A model generated the notes under the pieces. That model saw nothing but the letters and a program-made list of their open reading frames with translations, ran no database searches and had not been told where the DNA came from. Made by a program: the position numbers and the translations under genes. A DNA stretch of 55,239 nt from the NCBI GenBank assembly GCA_035260325.1, contig DATFVL010000062.1, forward strand, positions 1 to 55,239. The letters run 5' to 3'. This document shows, in pieces, positions 54,048 through 55,239 of the stretch (position 1 is its first letter; every line of letters begins with the position of its first letter). Source of the DNA: Candidatus Methylomirabilota bacterium (GTDB lineage: Bacteria > Methylomirabilota > Methylomirabilia > Rokubacteriales > CSP1-6).

Positions 54048-54074
54048 GGAGCCGGGCGCTACTCTAGCATCCCG

Positions 54075-54842
54075 TCACATGCTGTAGAGGCGCCAGACGC
54101 CGTCGTCGTCGATGACGAAGCGGACCTCGTAGGACATGGTGCGGCCCTCCTGGCTCCGCAGCATTTCGTAGATCGCGATCCCGGAGTACTGCTCGACGAA
54201 GCGGATCGAGGTCAGCGTCGTGTCCACGTCGAGCGCCCCGGCGAGGGTGCGGAAGACGCCCTCGTATTTCCGGCGCGCGCCGCTGTGGACGCAGTCGAGG
54301 GCGCCGGCGACGTCGCCGCGGCGCAGCGCGTCCTTGAGGTCGTTCCAGCGCGTGTCGAGGTCGCGCTCGAACTGCGCCCGCGAGAAGACCTCGACGCGAG
54401 CGCTGAGGCTGGTCACGCGCCCGCCCGACTCGTGGATGCGGACGGTGAAGTCGTAGCGGCCCGGCTGCGGGTACGTGTGGTCCCTCAGTACGCCGCCGTA
54501 CGTGGTCTCCGTCCATTCGGCGGTGCCGTCGCCGTCGGCGTCGAACTCGATACGGACGGGATTCTCCACGGGGGAAAAGAGCCACTTCAGCCGCACCCGG
54601 AGCGGCGCCGGACCGGTGGACGGCTGGACCTGGAACGGCGGGATGTTCTCGCGCTTGAAGAACTCGATGAGCTCGGCGTCGCTCGGCGGTCCCTTGGCGC
54701 TCTGGCGCGCGGCGGCGAGCCGCTCGAGCCACGAGGCCGGCCCGCTGAACGTCGGGCAGGCCGCCGCGGCGCTCGTCGCGCCGGCGAGCGTGAGGGCGAG
54801 CGCGGCGACGGCCCACAGGGCGGCGAGGCGCGTCGGCGTCAC
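54075..54842 (-). CDS. secreted/lipoprotein with a PKD-like domain and a C-terminal NTF2-like region
   Basis: GTG 54842 overlaps the upstream stop (GTGA). Signal LAALWAVAALALTLAGATSAAAAC. PKD-like PAPLRVRL..FDADGDGT..HTYPQPGRYDFTVRI. Confidence 0.6.
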   Translation of the reverse strand: MTPTRLAALWAVAALALTLAGATSAAAACPTFSGPASWLERLAAARQSAKGPPSDAELIEFFKRENIPPFQVQPSTGPAPLRVRLKWLFSPVENPVRIEFDADGDGTAEWTETTYGGVLRDHTYPQPGRYDFTVRIHESGGRVTSLSARVEVFSRAQFERDLDTRWNDLKDALRRGDVAGALDCVHSGARRKYEGVFRTLAGALDVDTTLTSIRFVEQYSGIAIYEMLRSQEGRTMSYEVRFVIDDDGVWRLYSM

Positions 54843-55239
54843 GGCGCCTTCTGGGCGTAGCGCTTCAACAGCTCCTCGAAGTCGGCCACGGCGAGGCCAC
54901 GCGCCCACTCGATCCCCTCGGACTCCCGCCCGTACGCCTCGCCCATGTACGTGACCGCCTCGCCGCGCGTCCTGAAGAGACGCCAGAGGTGGCCGGCGCC
55001 GCCGCCCACCAGGCGGAGGTGAAAGACGGGATCGGCGGGTGACGAGGGCGCGTACGTGGCGCGCTGGCCGAAGCGGTCGAGCGTGATCCAGGCCACCGCG
55101 ATCCCGTGCGCCGACACCACCCGCGCCCTGAGCGACTCCTCGCGCGGGAGCGATTCGAGGTCGGAGAGCTGCGGACCGTAGTAGACCGCGACGCGCTCGG
55201 CGGGGAGCACGAGCTCCGTCTTGAGCGGCTCGCCGACCG
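54839..55239 (-). CDS. hypothetical protein (reading frame open to the window edge, so the 5' end may lie outside)
   Basis: ORF 54839-55210, with the frame still open through 55239. No family recognised. Confidence 0.4.
   Translation of the reverse strand, partial: VGEPLKTELVLPAERVAVYYGPQLSDLESLPREESLRARVVSAHGIAVAWITLDRFGQRATYAPSSPADPVFHLRLVGGGAGHLWRLFRTRGEAVTYMGEAYGRESEGIEWARGLAVADFEELLKRYAQKAP

Overview
This is a very GC-rich, densely coding bacterial chromosomal segment (third codon positions are almost all G/C). I call about 60 genes. By eye I found no rRNA, tRNA, CRISPR array, transposase or integrase. All translations and hairpins were worked out by hand, and no database search was possible.

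Gene content, left to right:
- Sugar-phosphate operon: pgi fragment, gnd, fbp, class I aldolase, glk and a GH63-like hydrolase.
- A zinc-ribbon membrane protein and an HExxH+DinB protein.
- Acyl-CoA module A: two acyl-CoA dehydrogenases, a family III CoA-transferase and an enoyl-CoA hydratase.
- MaoC and GYD genes, then lemA with two TPM-domain genes.
- A divergent PLP-enzyme pair: a class V aminotransferase and a DSD1-like enzyme.
- A long minus-strand run: HAD, MaoC, Dus, methyltransferase, amidohydrolase, peptide-type substrate-binding protein (SBP), YfbR, transglutaminase, DppC/DppB-like permeases, a secreted repeat protein, SGNH hydrolase, luciferase-like oxidoreductase and a small HTH protein.
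- A citrate synthase family gene.
- Acyl-CoA module B: CoA-transferase, hydratase, acyl-CoA dehydrogenase, HMG-CoA-lyase-like enzyme and O-methyltransferase.
- An orphan PilB/MshE-type ATPase, a 565-aa protein of unknown function and a coiled-coil protein.
- A three-gene redox operon, a MetE-like gene and livFGMH plus its SBP.
- An MBL-REC-cNMP-GGDEF signalling protein.
- An enoyl-CoA hydratase, a creatininase, a PlsC-like acyltransferase and a PKD-like lipoprotein.

Most notable observations:
1. Two adjacent exported redox genes, a peroxiredoxin and a TlpA-like redoxin, each carry an in-frame TGA exactly at the catalytic Cys position. Each TGA is followed by a stable stem-loop. I read them as tandem selenoproteins rather than pseudogenes.
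2. The orphan secretion-type ATPase carries a tandem MshEN-type c-di-GMP-binding motif. It sits next to a large uncharacterised gene that has its own near-consensus promoter.
3. NTGA start/stop overlaps are pervasive. They include a probable CTG start for livH, and a TPM gene whose signal peptide lacks a canonical start codon.
4. Several discrete palindromes and repeated motifs lie in the short intergenic regions.
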